The notes under the pieces are model-generated. The model did not search any database and was not told where the DNA came from. It saw nothing but the letters and a program-made list of their open reading frames with translations. DNA of 63,096 nt, filler included, from Sanchytrium tribonematis (lineage: Eukaryota): the NCBI GenBank assembly GCA_018985235.1. It is 28 parts of 28 records of this genome, joined end to end, with 100 filler letters (N's around TTAATTAATTAA, not from the genome) between each part and the next. Parts side by side here need not be neighbours in the genome. Positions count along the whole stretch, not along the records: positions 38,963 to 54,897 come from JADGIG010000141.1; 27 more parts are not named here. One strand, 5' to 3'. Positions 41,855 through 53,076 of this stretch are shown in pieces (position 1 is the first letter of the stretch; every line of letters starts with the position of its first letter). A program made the translations under genes and the position numbers.

Positions 41855-44770
41855 ATGAAACAGCAATGTCCCGTTTGTGAATTCAAGAAATCCCACAACC
41901 TTAATGATTATTTACTTAATTCCTGCAAGATCGTCAACAATGCCCAGCATGCTCAAAAAATAATAAAGCAACTTGAGCAATTTGGTGCCAATTCCTGTAC
42001 GGACGACATTAAAATTTACTCCGAAATAGTAGAAATTCTTATTGAATACTTAAGCCAAGTAGATAATAATATCAGGAAAGGATCTATTTTTATGATTGGG
42101 ACTATCGCGTTTACTCTGACAGATAAATTAAATGTTCACGAAATATTCACTCTTTTTATTCGAATGTTACTTCAGAATAGCGAACTAGACTGTGAAATAA
42201 CACTTCAAGTCTACATTTACACTTTCAGAAATAGAAATGCGATCTCTAATGTGTCTCATTTGCTTCTGATGATAGTTGATAAGTGTATCACCAAATACAA
42301 GGAATTTGCAAAAGATAAGTGGGGGAATCGTTGGAATGATAATTACAAAGAACCAGAAGTGAAAATCTGTGCTAATGTCAGTCATATATTGGCTATATTA
42401 CTAGAAACTGAAAAATACCCAAAAGAGTCCATGAAAAAATTCCTGGGCTTGGTTCTAGACAATTTGAATGACCTTGGCTTTGCTACATTCTTCAAACTCC
42501 AAAATCCAGTTGGTATTGAAATGTTCAGTCGTGAGGGAATAAAGACTAGTATTGTCTATAGCGAGTTTCTTATCAATTTCTCGAAAAAGTATGGATTTCG
42601 AGACGTATGGGAACAATGGGGAAGAGAAATTATCATTAACCAATACAAATATTCAGCGCAGTTATATCTTTTATTTCAACCGGATTTAACAAATATTGAA
42701 ATGTTTGAAGAATTGCTGAGTTTAACAGAATGTAGCGATTGTGAAATATTATCGGAAATTTTGCTTGACATATCTCTATTGCACTACAAAAACGATAGGA
42801 GCCTTGACTTGTTGTCGGCTTGCTTTAAGAAATTTAGCACTTCGCACAAATTTTCAAATAGATTTATTGATTTTCTGAATCTCAGCTTTGATGGGGATCT
42901 AGTAATACTTCATCGGATAACATTTAATTCAAAGTACTTCGCAGAGACAGTGGTTCCCTTTGTGCATCAGCATATGAATGAAGGGACATTTTTGTCTACT
43001 TTAAGTATTCTGAAATTTCTAAATTTATTACTAGCCGATTTCCATTACTTCATGACGATTGATGGATTTTATGATGACATATTTCTACTTTTAACCCGTT
43101 GCATTCGAGATTTCGGTTTCGAGAAACTAGAATCTAAACAATTACTTTATCAACAGGTTTTACTTAATATTGGCGAGTTTGTCAAATTCAAGTCTTTGCT
43201 CAGTTTAAGCAAATCCCAATTAGATGAAATGGTTGCTTGTATGGACTTGGCTTTGCTAAAATGGCCTTCTATCGCGAAAACTACAATTTATATAATTGAT
43301 ATTATGACACATGAATTGCAAGAATCAATGTGTAGGTTTCTACCATCAATATTAGATAAATTTGTTCAAGTAGTAGGCCATTTAAATATTAGTGTTCATA
43401 TTTTAGAGATGCTTTCTTCTTTGAGTAACGTTGGAAATGTTTACAAAAACTGCACTGAAAATGACTTTAAAACTATTTTTGGGATAGCAATTCAATATAT
43501 AACCTCTGCAAAGTTCGAAAGCAATTCTTATAAGCAGTACCATCTATACTTAGCTTTTCATGTCATTGATACATGGATCTTGCATGTCAGAGATATAGAT
43601 GAGCATTTTAAATTCCTGGTCCAAAAATTAATTATGGCAAATAATATGAATTCTTTTGTCAAAGAAAGAGTGATGATTTGTCTGGATTATATAAGTCGTC
43701 TTTATTTAGGTTGTAAAACAACACCATACAGTGACCTGGAAAAGCCAAGCACTGCGTATAGCTTTGGGAATTGCTTGATCACAACTGAGGGCGAAAATAT
43801 TGTGATTCGGAGACCCAGTGGAACAACATACCACCATCCTGACGATGGCCTTATCGGAAAATCTTTGCCAATTGTAGATGCCAGCAGAAGCAAGTCAAAT
43901 GGCTCAATATTCAGTCGAAAACCGAGTATGAAGTTGAGAAGGTCGAGCTCTGCTAGTTCTGATCATTGCCTGATCCAGGATCTTCTTCATGGGTTCCCCT
44001 TACAATGCTTCCACAATGAGGTTCGAATATTGGGAAATTTCGTGTTTACGTCGAGCGCTGCCAATATTTTATGCGAAAAAGATCTGATTATCACAAGCCT
44101 GCCCATTTCAGAGAAACTCCTGCGAAACGTGAATGTACTTGATCATACGCCTGTCGTAGACTTTCACAAATTTGGAATTTACTGCATTAAAGAGACACAA
44201 TCAGAAGCGGAGATTTTATCAAATATTGAGATGTCGTCTGACTTTTTAGACATTTACAAGGGATTTGGTGATGTTGTGGAAATAGAATCCAAACACTACA
44301 AATATTGGGGTGGGCTTTCAAAAGAGAATGATGGAACTGAGACTGTGATTTGGCAAGACGCCATAACTTACATTGTTTTTCTAAATAGTTGCTTTATGCC
44401 AAATCATGACTCTGATCCTTCAAGAAACATGAAAAAACGGCATTTGGGTAATTGTTTTGTCAATATTGTCTTCAAAGAAGCGAATTCAAAATTGTCATTG
44501 ATTCAATCTCAGCAGGTATCTGTTGCTATTATTATAGAGCCATGGACACACTCCAATATGTTCAAGGTATATCAAATTTTAAGGAAAAATTTATCTTATA
44601 TTGGCCCACTTACGACGCCAAAAATAATACACAAAGATAATGTTTCGAAATTTGTGAGGCAGATTGCATTGCATGCCAATATCTATGCTCAAATTAATTC
44701 TAATACTCAAGGTAATTCAGAATATATTTCAGATTGGCGTCAAAGGTTAAGAATCTTGCAAAAAATATAG
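41855..44770 (+). CDS. TSC2: Tuberin-like Rap/Rheb GAP, compact
   Basis: IVIRRPSG, LDHTPVVDFHKFG, KKRHLGNCFVNIVF, FVRQIALHAN, WRQRL. Confidence 0.9.
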   Translation: MKQQCPVCEFKKSHNLNDYLLNSCKIVNNAQHAQKIIKQLEQFGANSCTDDIKIYSEIVEILIEYLSQVDNNIRKGSIFMIGTIAFTLTDKLNVHEIFTLFIRMLLQNSELDCEITLQVYIYTFRNRNAISNVSHLLLMIVDKCITKYKEFAKDKWGNRWNDNYKEPEVKICANVSHILAILLETEKYPKESMKKFLGLVLDNLNDLGFATFFKLQNPVGIEMFSREGIKTSIVYSEFLINFSKKYGFRDVWEQWGREIIINQYKYSAQLYLLFQPDLTNIEMFEELLSLTECSDCEILSEILLDISLLHYKNDRSLDLLSACFKKFSTSHKFSNRFIDFLNLSFDGDLVILHRITFNSKYFAETVVPFVHQHMNEGTFLSTLSILKFLNLLLADFHYFMTIDGFYDDIFLLLTRCIRDFGFEKLESKQLLYQQVLLNIGEFVKFKSLLSLSKSQLDEMVACMDLALLKWPSIAKTTIYIIDIMTHELQESMCRFLPSILDKFVQVVGHLNISVHILEMLSSLSNVGNVYKNCTENDFKTIFGIAIQYITSAKFESNSYKQYHLYLAFHVIDTWILHVRDIDEHFKFLVQKLIMANNMNSFVKERVMICLDYISRLYLGCKTTPYSDLEKPSTAYSFGNCLITTEGENIVIRRPSGTTYHHPDDGLIGKSLPIVDASRSKSNGSIFSRKPSMKLRRSSSASSDHCLIQDLLHGFPLQCFHNEVRILGNFVFTSSAANILCEKDLIITSLPISEKLLRNVNVLDHTPVVDFHKFGIYCIKETQSEAEILSNIEMSSDFLDIYKGFGDVVEIESKHYKYWGGLSKENDGTETVIWQDAITYIVFLNSCFMPNHDSDPSRNMKKRHLGNCFVNIVFKEANSKLSLIQSQQVSVAIIIEPWTHSNMFKVYQILRKNLSYIGPLTTPKIIHKDNVSKFVRQIALHANIYAQINSNTQGNSEYISDWRQRLRILQKI

Positions 44771-44778
44771 AATTACGT

Positions 44779-45258
44779 TTATTTATTAAATACATTCATA
44801 ATTTCAAAGGCAACATGTTTTTCCTCCACTTTGTGAATCCCAAATTCCTCAAAGCCAATAAAGTGTTTTTTAGCGACACCATCTTCAAATACTACTAAAT
44901 GTGGTAGTACTTTGATTTTGAATTTTTCAACAATGAATGGACATTGTAACACATCACAATAACCAAACCTGATGTTGCGGTATTTTTTGGCCATAGATTT
45001 TAAGTAACCATCCATTTCCAAGCATTTTTTAAAATCAGAGTGTCTGAAATGAAGCACTACCTTTTTCAGTGTCGTAGTCAATCTCAATATTTCCTCATCC
45101 GTTTTCACTGGGTTGTAATCACCACAGCCCATTTCCCTCATTCTATTGTTTTCATCGAATTGCTTTTGCAATTCCACCACTCTTTTTTCATAGAGATGAT
45201 TTGGCATCTCTTCAGCTTCCAATTGCTCTAGTAGAAGATCATCGGACAAATCTGGCAT
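44779..45258 (-). CDS. Phosducin-like thioredoxin-fold protein (TXNDC9/Plp1-like)
   Basis: VVLHF....F.KC..MD, PFIVEKFKIKVLP, GFEEFG. Confidence 0.9.
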   Translation of the reverse strand: MPDLSDDLLLEQLEAEEMPNHLYEKRVVELQKQFDENNRMREMGCGDYNPVKTDEEILRLTTTLKKVVLHFRHSDFKKCLEMDGYLKSMAKKYRNIRFGYCDVLQCPFIVEKFKIKVLPHLVVFEDGVAKKHFIGFEEFGIHKVEEKHVAFEIMNVFNK

Positions 45259-45299
45259 TTCTGTAGAATTTAAAACAAGGGATTTTACATTTTGTGAAA

Positions 45300-46553
45300 A
45301 TGCTTTCTTTAGCCAAATTTAATAAAGCACCTGTGAAAACCGTAGTGCTAGGAACTGGGTGGTCTGCATTCTCTCTTGTCAGATCTCTCAAAAGTCCTAT
45401 AACTGTTGTGTCGCCCAGGAATCATTTTGTTTTTACTCCATTGCTCTGTAGTACTACAGTAGGAACATTAGAGTTTAGAGCTATAACGGAACCCATTAGA
45501 AGATTACGCAATGTCGAATATTTTGAAGGTGGCTGTACTGAAATTTCCATGGATGAGAAAAAAGTCTTGTACAATGACTTGCATGGTAAATCACATCAAA
45601 TTCAATATGATAGATTAATTTTGGCTTACGGAAATGTTTCAAATACTTTTAATATACCTGGTGCCAAAGAAAATGCTTTATTTTTAAGGGAAATTCATCA
45701 CGCTAGGAAAATAAGGAAAAAAATAATTGAATGTTTAGAAGATGCTTCACACCCGGAAGTAAGTGAGCAAGAAAGGAAACGATTATTGCATTTTTGCATT
45801 GTTGGCGCAGGGGCTACTGGAGTCGAATTTGGTGGTGAGCTTTATGATTTTCTCAAAAGTGATGTTTTGAAATCATATCCTCAATTGGTTCCATATATGC
45901 ATATATCTATATTTGATGTCGGAAATAGAGTTTTAAATACATTCGACAAAAGTCTTTCAAATTATGCTGAAAGTAAGTTTAAACGAGATGGAATAAATTT
46001 GAGAATGTCGACTAGGATAATTAAAGTACACCCGACTGCAATTGAGCTATTAACAGGTGAAATGGTACCATACGGACTATTAGTATGGAGCACGGGCTTG
46101 ACTGAACACCCTTTAACATCCAAATTACAAGTTGATAAAAACAAAGGAAGAATTGTTGTTGATGCATTTTGTCGAGTTTTGAGAGATGGTAGGCCATTTG
46201 GTAATGTTTATGCTATTGGAGATTGTGCCATTGGATCTAGTCAATCGAATCAGCTGCCTCAGACAGCTCAAGTAGCGGCTCAAGAAGGACTGTACCTAGC
46301 CAAAGAATTTAACTCGGAAAAAGAAGTTCAACCGTTTAAATATAGACATTTTATGAGTATGGCATATATTGGGTCTTGGAAATCAGTTATTGACAAACCG
46401 GGGGTTGGCTATCTTCATGGCACTTTGGCTTGGCTGTTGTGGAGATCCGCTTATTTCACGCAAACTGTATCTTTAAGAAACAAGATATTGATTCCAGTGT
46501 ATTGGTTTACTAGTTGGTTGTTTGGGAGAGATATTTCGAGAATCAAAGAATAA
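45300..46553 (+). CDS. Type II NADH:ubiquinone oxidoreductase (NDE/NDI family)
   Basis: VVLGTGW, SPRNHFVFTPLL, VGAGATGVE, AIGDC, LPQTAQVAAQEG, LWRSAY. Confidence 0.96.
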   Translation: MLSLAKFNKAPVKTVVLGTGWSAFSLVRSLKSPITVVSPRNHFVFTPLLCSTTVGTLEFRAITEPIRRLRNVEYFEGGCTEISMDEKKVLYNDLHGKSHQIQYDRLILAYGNVSNTFNIPGAKENALFLREIHHARKIRKKIIECLEDASHPEVSEQERKRLLHFCIVGAGATGVEFGGELYDFLKSDVLKSYPQLVPYMHISIFDVGNRVLNTFDKSLSNYAESKFKRDGINLRMSTRIIKVHPTAIELLTGEMVPYGLLVWSTGLTEHPLTSKLQVDKNKGRIVVDAFCRVLRDGRPFGNVYAIGDCAIGSSQSNQLPQTAQVAAQEGLYLAKEFNSEKEVQPFKYRHFMSMAYIGSWKSVIDKPGVGYLHGTLAWLLWRSAYFTQTVSLRNKILIPVYWFTSWLFGRDISRIKE

Positions 46554-46603
46554 TTCTATATAAAAACAAAATAAAAAATTATTTTAACAAGCCCAATTTT
46601 TGA

Positions 46604-48689
46604 ATGCCACAAAAATCAATTCTTTCCAAAGCAACAACTCTCAGCACTATTAATTCATTTCTGACGCGACACAAAGTCAGCAAAGTAGAGGTGAATCAAC
46701 TGGCATTTATTAAAAGTCCAATCATCATTAAAGCCTTAGATGACACCCTAAGTCAATTTTTAGAATATCAGACTTCTACTAAAAGTAAAATATCATCTAT
46801 AAATAGCGAAAAGAAGAAAATTGGAGAAATTAGAAATAATCTGAAGGAATTTTTCAGAACTGAAGAAACATATTGCAGGAAACTTGATACGCTGGCAAGT
46901 ACCATTAAAAAATGCATTGAGCCATATTATACTGATATTAGCTCCACATTGGAGCCTGACAGAGTTCAAAAATGTCATTTTGTCGATGATATAGACAGCA
47001 ATATCAAAATTCACTTAAACTCCTGGCACAGCATTTTAAAAAGCATCACTTACATTCGCGACAGTCACCTGGATCAATTATCAAAGCATGAAATTAATGT
47101 TTATAGTTTAGAAGATGTTGCAAGTAACTTTATGTCAAGAGAACTGACAGAAGCTTACAAAAAGTTTTTCAATTTGAGCTTAGGAAAAAGAGATATGTTT
47201 TTGCCACAACTCTTGAAAACTCTTGAAAATTCAAATGTAAATTCAATGGTGTTTGACGAACTAATGAGTGAACCGCAGCAGAGAATTATGAGATACCCAT
47301 TAATGATCAAGACAATGCTGTCAGTCGCTAGTGAAGAAGAAAGTTTTGTATTAGAGAATCTATTGGAAAAGATTAAGATACATGTGTTAGCAATCGAATC
47401 TTACTTTTCAAGAACAAATGAGATTGCAGAATATTTGTCTCTCATGAAAATTATTGAGGGCATTCCAGTCTCCGCACAAAATGCAGGAGATGAAGTGTTG
47501 GGTATATTTCCTGTTTTTAAGGTTCCATTTGAAAACGGGAAACTCGGGGTTGCACTTGATGATTATAAAACCACTCACACAATATTAATCCTAAAATCTG
47601 GTTTAATTTTATTAGACTACAGAATTAAGACTACTTATATTGAAAATGTTCAAGATGGTGTTGCTATTCTAAAGAAAAAGAGAAAGATTAAAGCCGTGGG
47701 TTATGTAAAATTTAACCAGGCTGATGCGAAATTTAATGCAGAGTACAGGCTACTTTGTCTATCTGCTTATGGTGAGCCAATTGAAGAGTATTTTCAATTT
47801 CAGCCCAATTACACATCTGAATTTATGGAACTTCAAAAAGGATTTTTTAACGAAGTGAGACACAAGCACTCTGCTCATGGAATAGATTATTTGGAAAACA
47901 TTTACACTTGTTACACTTCAGATCCAACCGCTCTTTCAGATATAAGATTTTTGAGGGAGAATGAAGAGCCCAACGTCAATGATGTTATAATAATTAAAAG
48001 AAATGGCGGAAATTTTGATATTTTTAAGAAAGATAATTATGCTGGGTGTAAAACGGGCAATTTGTCTAGACGTAATTTTATCTCATACAGTAGTAGAAGT
48101 TCTAAGGGCAAACAGGAAAATAGCGAATTCGAATGTCGATGATAAAAATTCCATTCCCACATTGCATAGAAGATTTTCTTTGTTAACAACCGCTCCAAAA
48201 AGCTTTAAAAAAGTCCGACATCAAATTCCAGAATTTTTAGAATTTGATATTCAAACTCCCGAAATAATACGACTCTTTGATCTGATTAAAACGGAACTTG
48301 AACTAAAAAATATTGTCAAGGATGATAACATAACAAGTCTTGGTCCATTCGATAAAGACAAAATAATACAAGCTACAATGAGAATGAAAAGTATTAAAAA
48401 CACCAAGTTACTGACATTCCAGGGCCTCTTCAAAGGATTAGGACTTTTAGACGTAATTCAAGGTGCAAAAATATACGTATCTGAAAATCCCCATTTAATC
48501 ATCAGGTCGGATAATCCTAATTTCTCTAAATTTGTACAATGCTCGCGAGAATTGTGGCATTTACTACCAAGTGATTATTTTAAAGAATGGGTCACAGAAT
48601 TTTGGAGGTTAGAATTTGAAGAAATCAAAGAAGTCATGAAAAAAGATCCAAGTAGCTTAATGCGACTGGATAGCCGTTATGTTAACTAA
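46604..48689 (+). CDS. DH (RhoGEF) domain protein, 19-nt intron at 48072-48090
   Basis: EFFRTEETY and EPQQRIMRYPLM; two track ORFs are joined by the intron. Confidence 0.8.
48072..48090 (+). other. 19-nt intron GTAATTTTATCTCATACAG
   Basis: Joins NLSR-L-VEVLRA. An upstream 22-nt GT-AG alternative gives the same frame but fits the consensus less well. Confidence 0.78.
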
Positions 48690-48720
48690 TATTATGATTT
48701 CCAATAAACTTTTTTGTAAC

Positions 48721-50064
48721 ATGTCAAGTCCCAAAGAAGAATTTTTTGACGCTAAATCCGAAATTAGTGAGCCATTGTCACCCATAATACTCTCACCCAC
48801 GAAAGAGGATACTACACAAAAGACAGCAAGCCCTATAAAATCTGCTTCCCAAGCCAATAGCATAGATGTTTCGCCACTAAATAGTAAAGCAAATTCGAAT
48901 TCAAGTTTGTCTCCGAAATTAGAAAATTCCTCCAAAGATAAAAGTCCTACTCTACCCAGAATTGATGGAGCAATTAAGGGAGATATAATTCAAGAGGAGG
49001 ATGGTCAAACTATTCAATTTCAAAATGAACCTCAAGAAGAACCAGAAGAGATCCCGGAACTTCCAAATGATACTAATGATGATTTGGCAAAAGAGTTCGC
49101 TTCTCTGATGGAACAACGGGAGCTGGAAAATACCCAAGACGAAGATGAAGATGATTTGTTTAAAGGTGAGAAGTTAGAAATGGACCAAGAGAATGTACAA
49201 ATTGCCCCAATATCATTCGGTCTTAAATTAAAGCAATCTACTCCGCAACCAATTGTTCAGGCCATAACTTCCGTTGATGATGACGATGAATTTGATGACT
49301 TTGAGACATTCTCGACAACTGTAGTTGAACCAAACGAAATCAACAAAATTGAAGAGTCGCCACCAGAACCTGTAAAAGTAGAGGAATTAAAAACATTAGA
49401 AAATTCAGAAGATCTTGATTTCATAAATACATTTTTGGAGAAACAAAATTTAGGAATTGATAAATTGGTCGAGTTTTTTATTGACAGTTTGCCATTCGAT
49501 ATAGATAGTAAAACATTCGAAGACCATTACAGTGAGATAGGGGACATTGTGGATTATAGCACACCATATGGCAAAAGACTATATTTCGAACCTACGGAAT
49601 ATGTGAAAGAAATTAAGGAATATCAGAAAATGAGCAACATATTTGAAAAATCACATGTTCCTAGTGACCAAAAACCGTTTGTTTGGCAAAAGTCTAACTT
49701 TAGGCGAAAATTGCTTCAAATCTCAGGAATACCCTTAAATTTGGATGAATTTTATACTTCGACTTCAAAAAGGAAATTTGGCCCTTTGTCCCAAAATGAG
49801 GTTGCATTAATAGAGCAAGTCATTCAGTTCACCGAATCACTGGACGAAAAGCAATTGAAGGACAAAAAACTGGAAGAACTTGGAACCATTCACCTAGATG
49901 TTGAAAAGGCTCTAGGTCGAGTGCTAGATGCCAACTCGTGGTACAAAGAACAGATTTCTAAATTGAATTCAGTAATTGAAGCTGCGAACCAAGAGATTAA
50001 AGATGCACTTCAGGAAGCTCAATCAAAGAAAAAACAATCCGCGAAGAAAAGGTATTTTTATTAG
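48721..50064 (+). CDS. Acidic AP-1 accessory-like protein (Laa2/DUF5102-like)
   Basis: DDEFDDF motif; WQKSNFRRKLL...GIPLNLDE; C-terminal coiled coil. Confidence 0.6.
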   Translation: MSSPKEEFFDAKSEISEPLSPIILSPTKEDTTQKTASPIKSASQANSIDVSPLNSKANSNSSLSPKLENSSKDKSPTLPRIDGAIKGDIIQEEDGQTIQFQNEPQEEPEEIPELPNDTNDDLAKEFASLMEQRELENTQDEDEDDLFKGEKLEMDQENVQIAPISFGLKLKQSTPQPIVQAITSVDDDDEFDDFETFSTTVVEPNEINKIEESPPEPVKVEELKTLENSEDLDFINTFLEKQNLGIDKLVEFFIDSLPFDIDSKTFEDHYSEIGDIVDYSTPYGKRLYFEPTEYVKEIKEYQKMSNIFEKSHVPSDQKPFVWQKSNFRRKLLQISGIPLNLDEFYTSTSKRKFGPLSQNEVALIEQVIQFTESLDEKQLKDKKLEELGTIHLDVEKALGRVLDANSWYKEQISKLNSVIEAANQEIKDALQEAQSKKKQSAKKRYFY

Positions 50065-50083
50065 TTGTGATAGCTGATTTTTA

Positions 50084-50500
50084 TTACAAACCTAGATCCT
50101 CGTAATCCTCCTCTGCAATTGTCTGATTTTCTTTTTGCTTCATAAATCTTTGATAATCCTCTTCACTGTATTGTGATTTACATTGGCAACAAACAAAAGT
50201 CAATCTTAGATCTGCATTTCTTGAGGTGCTTCTGTTAGAAAAGTAAATAGCATCGGTTCCTTCACAGTCAGGACACCCTTTAGAGATTCGAGGTAGAGTA
50301 CAATCGTAGATAATATCGTCATTTAATTTCAAACCGCTTTTTAATTCATCTCTTGTCAATTCATTTCGATATATTAACGTATTGTCAGCAATTGTCACAA
50401 AATCACAATTCTTGCATTTCATGTTTAAAGTTTTCGACTCCCTGTCTTCTTCAGGATATAGCAAATTTCCGCATTCGCGGCAAAAACTCAAAGAACCCAT
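50084..50500 (-). CDS. RPB9: RNA polymerase II subunit 9
   Basis: FCRECGNLLYPEED, D.TLPR, CPDC, FVCCQC. Confidence 0.95.
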   Translation of the reverse strand: MGSLSFCRECGNLLYPEEDRESKTLNMKCKNCDFVTIADNTLIYRNELTRDELKSGLKLNDDIIYDCTLPRISKGCPDCEGTDAIYFSNRSTSRNADLRLTFVCCQCKSQYSEEDYQRFMKQKENQTIAEEDYEDLGL

Positions 50501-50543
50501 TTGTGTTTGAGATTACTCCGGAAATTCACAGAAAAGATCTTTA

Positions 50544-51807
50544 TTATAAATAATCTTCATTTAAAGTTTCCAACAGCGTGGAAACAGTGTCTTTTAAAGC
50601 AAGCATACAATTTCTTCTTTGGCGGTTAATCTCCTGACCATTAAGAATATTAAGTAATTTTCCTTCATTCTTAGGCAAGATCTGCTTGAGCAAATTTTGC
50701 TTGACTAATTGTGATTTATCTTTTAGGTATTGATTAACCTCTTTCATCTCTTTCTCTTTAGAATCAAAGAAAGAAGATAACGCATCTACTAATTCACCCT
50801 TCACGTCATCAAACCCACATGCGTCCGATATACCAGAGTCAGATGTACTACTGTCAACTGATGATAGTGATGAACCATACCCTTTATCAATTTGGTGTGC
50901 AGGTAAAGTCAGTTTATCGCTCAAATTATAATTGTCTGATCCTATCTCCAATTTTTTTTGAAATAGCCCATGGCTATGAATTTTCTTATTACTTCCATTT
51001 GGAGCCGGGTCTTTCTTGTCTGCTATTATCGTCTCATCGTGCTCAAGAAAAGCAGATGGTACTAGAGTCTCTCGATTACTTCTTCGCTTTTTCGAAATGA
51101 TCGAATTTGAGGCTTTTCTTTTTTTAGATTTCCCTTTTTTAGGAGTTACCGCTTTCTTAATCTGTTCAAACTCTTTCTCTGCAACGATTGAGACGCTAGT
51201 TATCGACTATGTCAGCAAGATTTACCAATTTCTTTTGATTAATCCATTTCTTCATTTTATTCATTGAGGTATTATTTTTTAACTTTAAAATAAACTTTCG
51301 AGAACCTTCATATATTGAAAGTACACATCCATCAATGTCAACCATAGTTATATTTAAAGGATTTATCATTTTGAAGCAATTAAAATCATCAACATATGTG
51401 AGCTCTTCTTGCAGAAATGCAAATTTACCGTTTTCTAATTCTGCAGATGATTTGCTGTATAGTTGACCAAGAAACAAGGTGTAATCCATCTTGTTTTCAG
51501 AGAACAACTTCCACCACTTTGCCCCCTTAAACCCAGCATCACCTATAACTTGCTCAAACAACACTTTGTTTTTCTTAACACTATTGCATTTAATTTTTCG
51601 AAGCAATTTAAGAACAAACAGCTTCACTTCAAATTGTGAATTAGTAAAAACACTTCCTAAAAACAATCCCAACTTTTTGCCTTCATAGCAACCTTTCCAT
51701 AGTTCCATTTTAATAGTGTTGTCAGCGCAGCAATCTAGCAATTTTGAAGATTCCTTACTGCAGAACTTTTCACAAATTTTGACAAGGTCTTCAACTGTAC
51801 CAGTCAT
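50544..51807 (-). CDS. Hypothetical protein (about 414 aa), 19-nt intron at 51207-51225
   Basis: Splicing joins track ORFs 51196-51807 and 50544-50951 through a stop-free basic linker. Confidence 0.75.
51207..51225 (-). other. 19-nt intron GTAAATCTTGCTGACATAG
   Basis: GCTGAC branch site; opens a 221-codon last exon. Confidence 0.87.
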
Positions 51808-52054
51808 TTGTTTCGAATATTTCTTGGCAATTTATTCCTTTCCTCAAATTTTCTGCTTTTCCTCAAACCAGCGCAGAGAAGATCTTGTTATATTTGTGTG
51901 GTGTCGAGTAGTCATTGATCGAATCGGTTGAGACACGTGATCTATGGCTCTTTATTTAAGGCTTTTCAAGCTCTCCGGATCTATGAATAATCCAACTTGC
52001 TTTATTGGAAAAGCTTTACCTTACTAAATCAAATTTCAATTCGATAGACCCAAT

Positions 52055-52498
52055 TTGCACAAGAAATTTTCGCAAGTATATGCAAATGAATTGGAAATAA
52101 TATTGCAAATAAGTAATACCGACTCAGGAATTGATATCTCTCACAAGAAGGAAGTAGGAAATATCCGTCGATCACCGCGTTGGGGTAAAAATTATGCCAT
52201 TTACGAAAATGAACAAAACTTAATTGGAGAGTTGCTTGCTAAATATTCATTAAGAGACACGTATGAAGGGTTTTTCTTAAGCAAAAGCGGAGACACTATA
52301 AAAATTTCGGTAAAACTGGACATGCTTAATCATTCTGCTCGAATTTATCTCGGTTCTGCTAAAAATGGAAAAATGATTGCAAATATGACAAAAAATTGTA
52401 AAAATTTGCACGATCTAGAAATCGAACCTCATGTCGACATTTTTATGATGTGTTGTTTAGGACTCATTATTCAAGATATTCAATTTACTTGCCTGTAA
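52055..52498 (+). CDS. Tubby-C/LURP-one-like beta protein; start uncertain (possible upstream exon)
   Basis: LEIEPHVDIFMMCCLGLII C-terminus; no ATG at the track start. Confidence 0.5.
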   Translation: MHKKFSQVYANELEIILQISNTDSGIDISHKKEVGNIRRSPRWGKNYAIYENEQNLIGELLAKYSLRDTYEGFFLSKSGDTIKISVKLDMLNHSARIYLGSAKNGKMIANMTKNCKNLHDLEIEPHVDIFMMCCLGLIIQDIQFTCL

Positions 52499-53073
52499 TC
52501 CTTATAAGGCCCTCTATAAATTAGATACACTAACAATTGAATGCAGGAAAGAATCAAACCTATCATATTGGGCACTATTACGAACGAGTCGCTTAATTCA
52601 TATCCAACTAACATCCAAGACAACGATACAAACGTGCCTAGTACAATTCTTTTGTAATTTAATAAACTATTGTTTTTAGTGGCAATCACCTTTTTCAAAT
52701 GACCCAGTGGACTACCAAACATGAAAATTGTCAACGTGCAAGCCAATAATCCACAGTAATACAAAGCAACAGGGTATAGTTGAAATTTCAAGTAAAGTAG
52801 TACCATTATTATGACAATTAATGAATTTCGAAAATGGTTGCTATTTGTTCTTGACCTTGAAGATAATTTGTATATTCCGAATAAGCTGCAAAGCACTCCT
52901 ACTAAATTTACGATTATCATAGAAAATGAAAAGTTTAAGACGCCATACTTTAACCAAATAATACAATTTGCGAATGTCGAAATGGTTGGCCATAAATCGA
53001 AATGTTTTAAATTTAATCCGAAAAATGAAATGGTTAAAACAGTAGCAGCCAAGTCGTAAAACATGGAGAACAT
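52480..53073 (-). CDS. SWEET/MtN3 sugar transporter
   Basis: NC..WLKYG, VNLVG, MFGSPL, W..GY.L.D.F..VPN..G, QL..Y. Confidence 0.92.
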   Translation of the reverse strand: MFSMFYDLAATVLTISFFGLNLKHFDLWPTISTFANCIIWLKYGVLNFSFSMIIVNLVGVLCSLFGIYKLSSRSRTNSNHFRNSLIVIIMVLLYLKFQLYPVALYYCGLLACTLTIFMFGSPLGHLKKVIATKNNSLLNYKRIVLGTFVSLSWMLVGYELSDSFVIVPNMIGLILSCIQLLVYLIYRGPYKDYRQVN

Positions 53074-53076
53074 TTA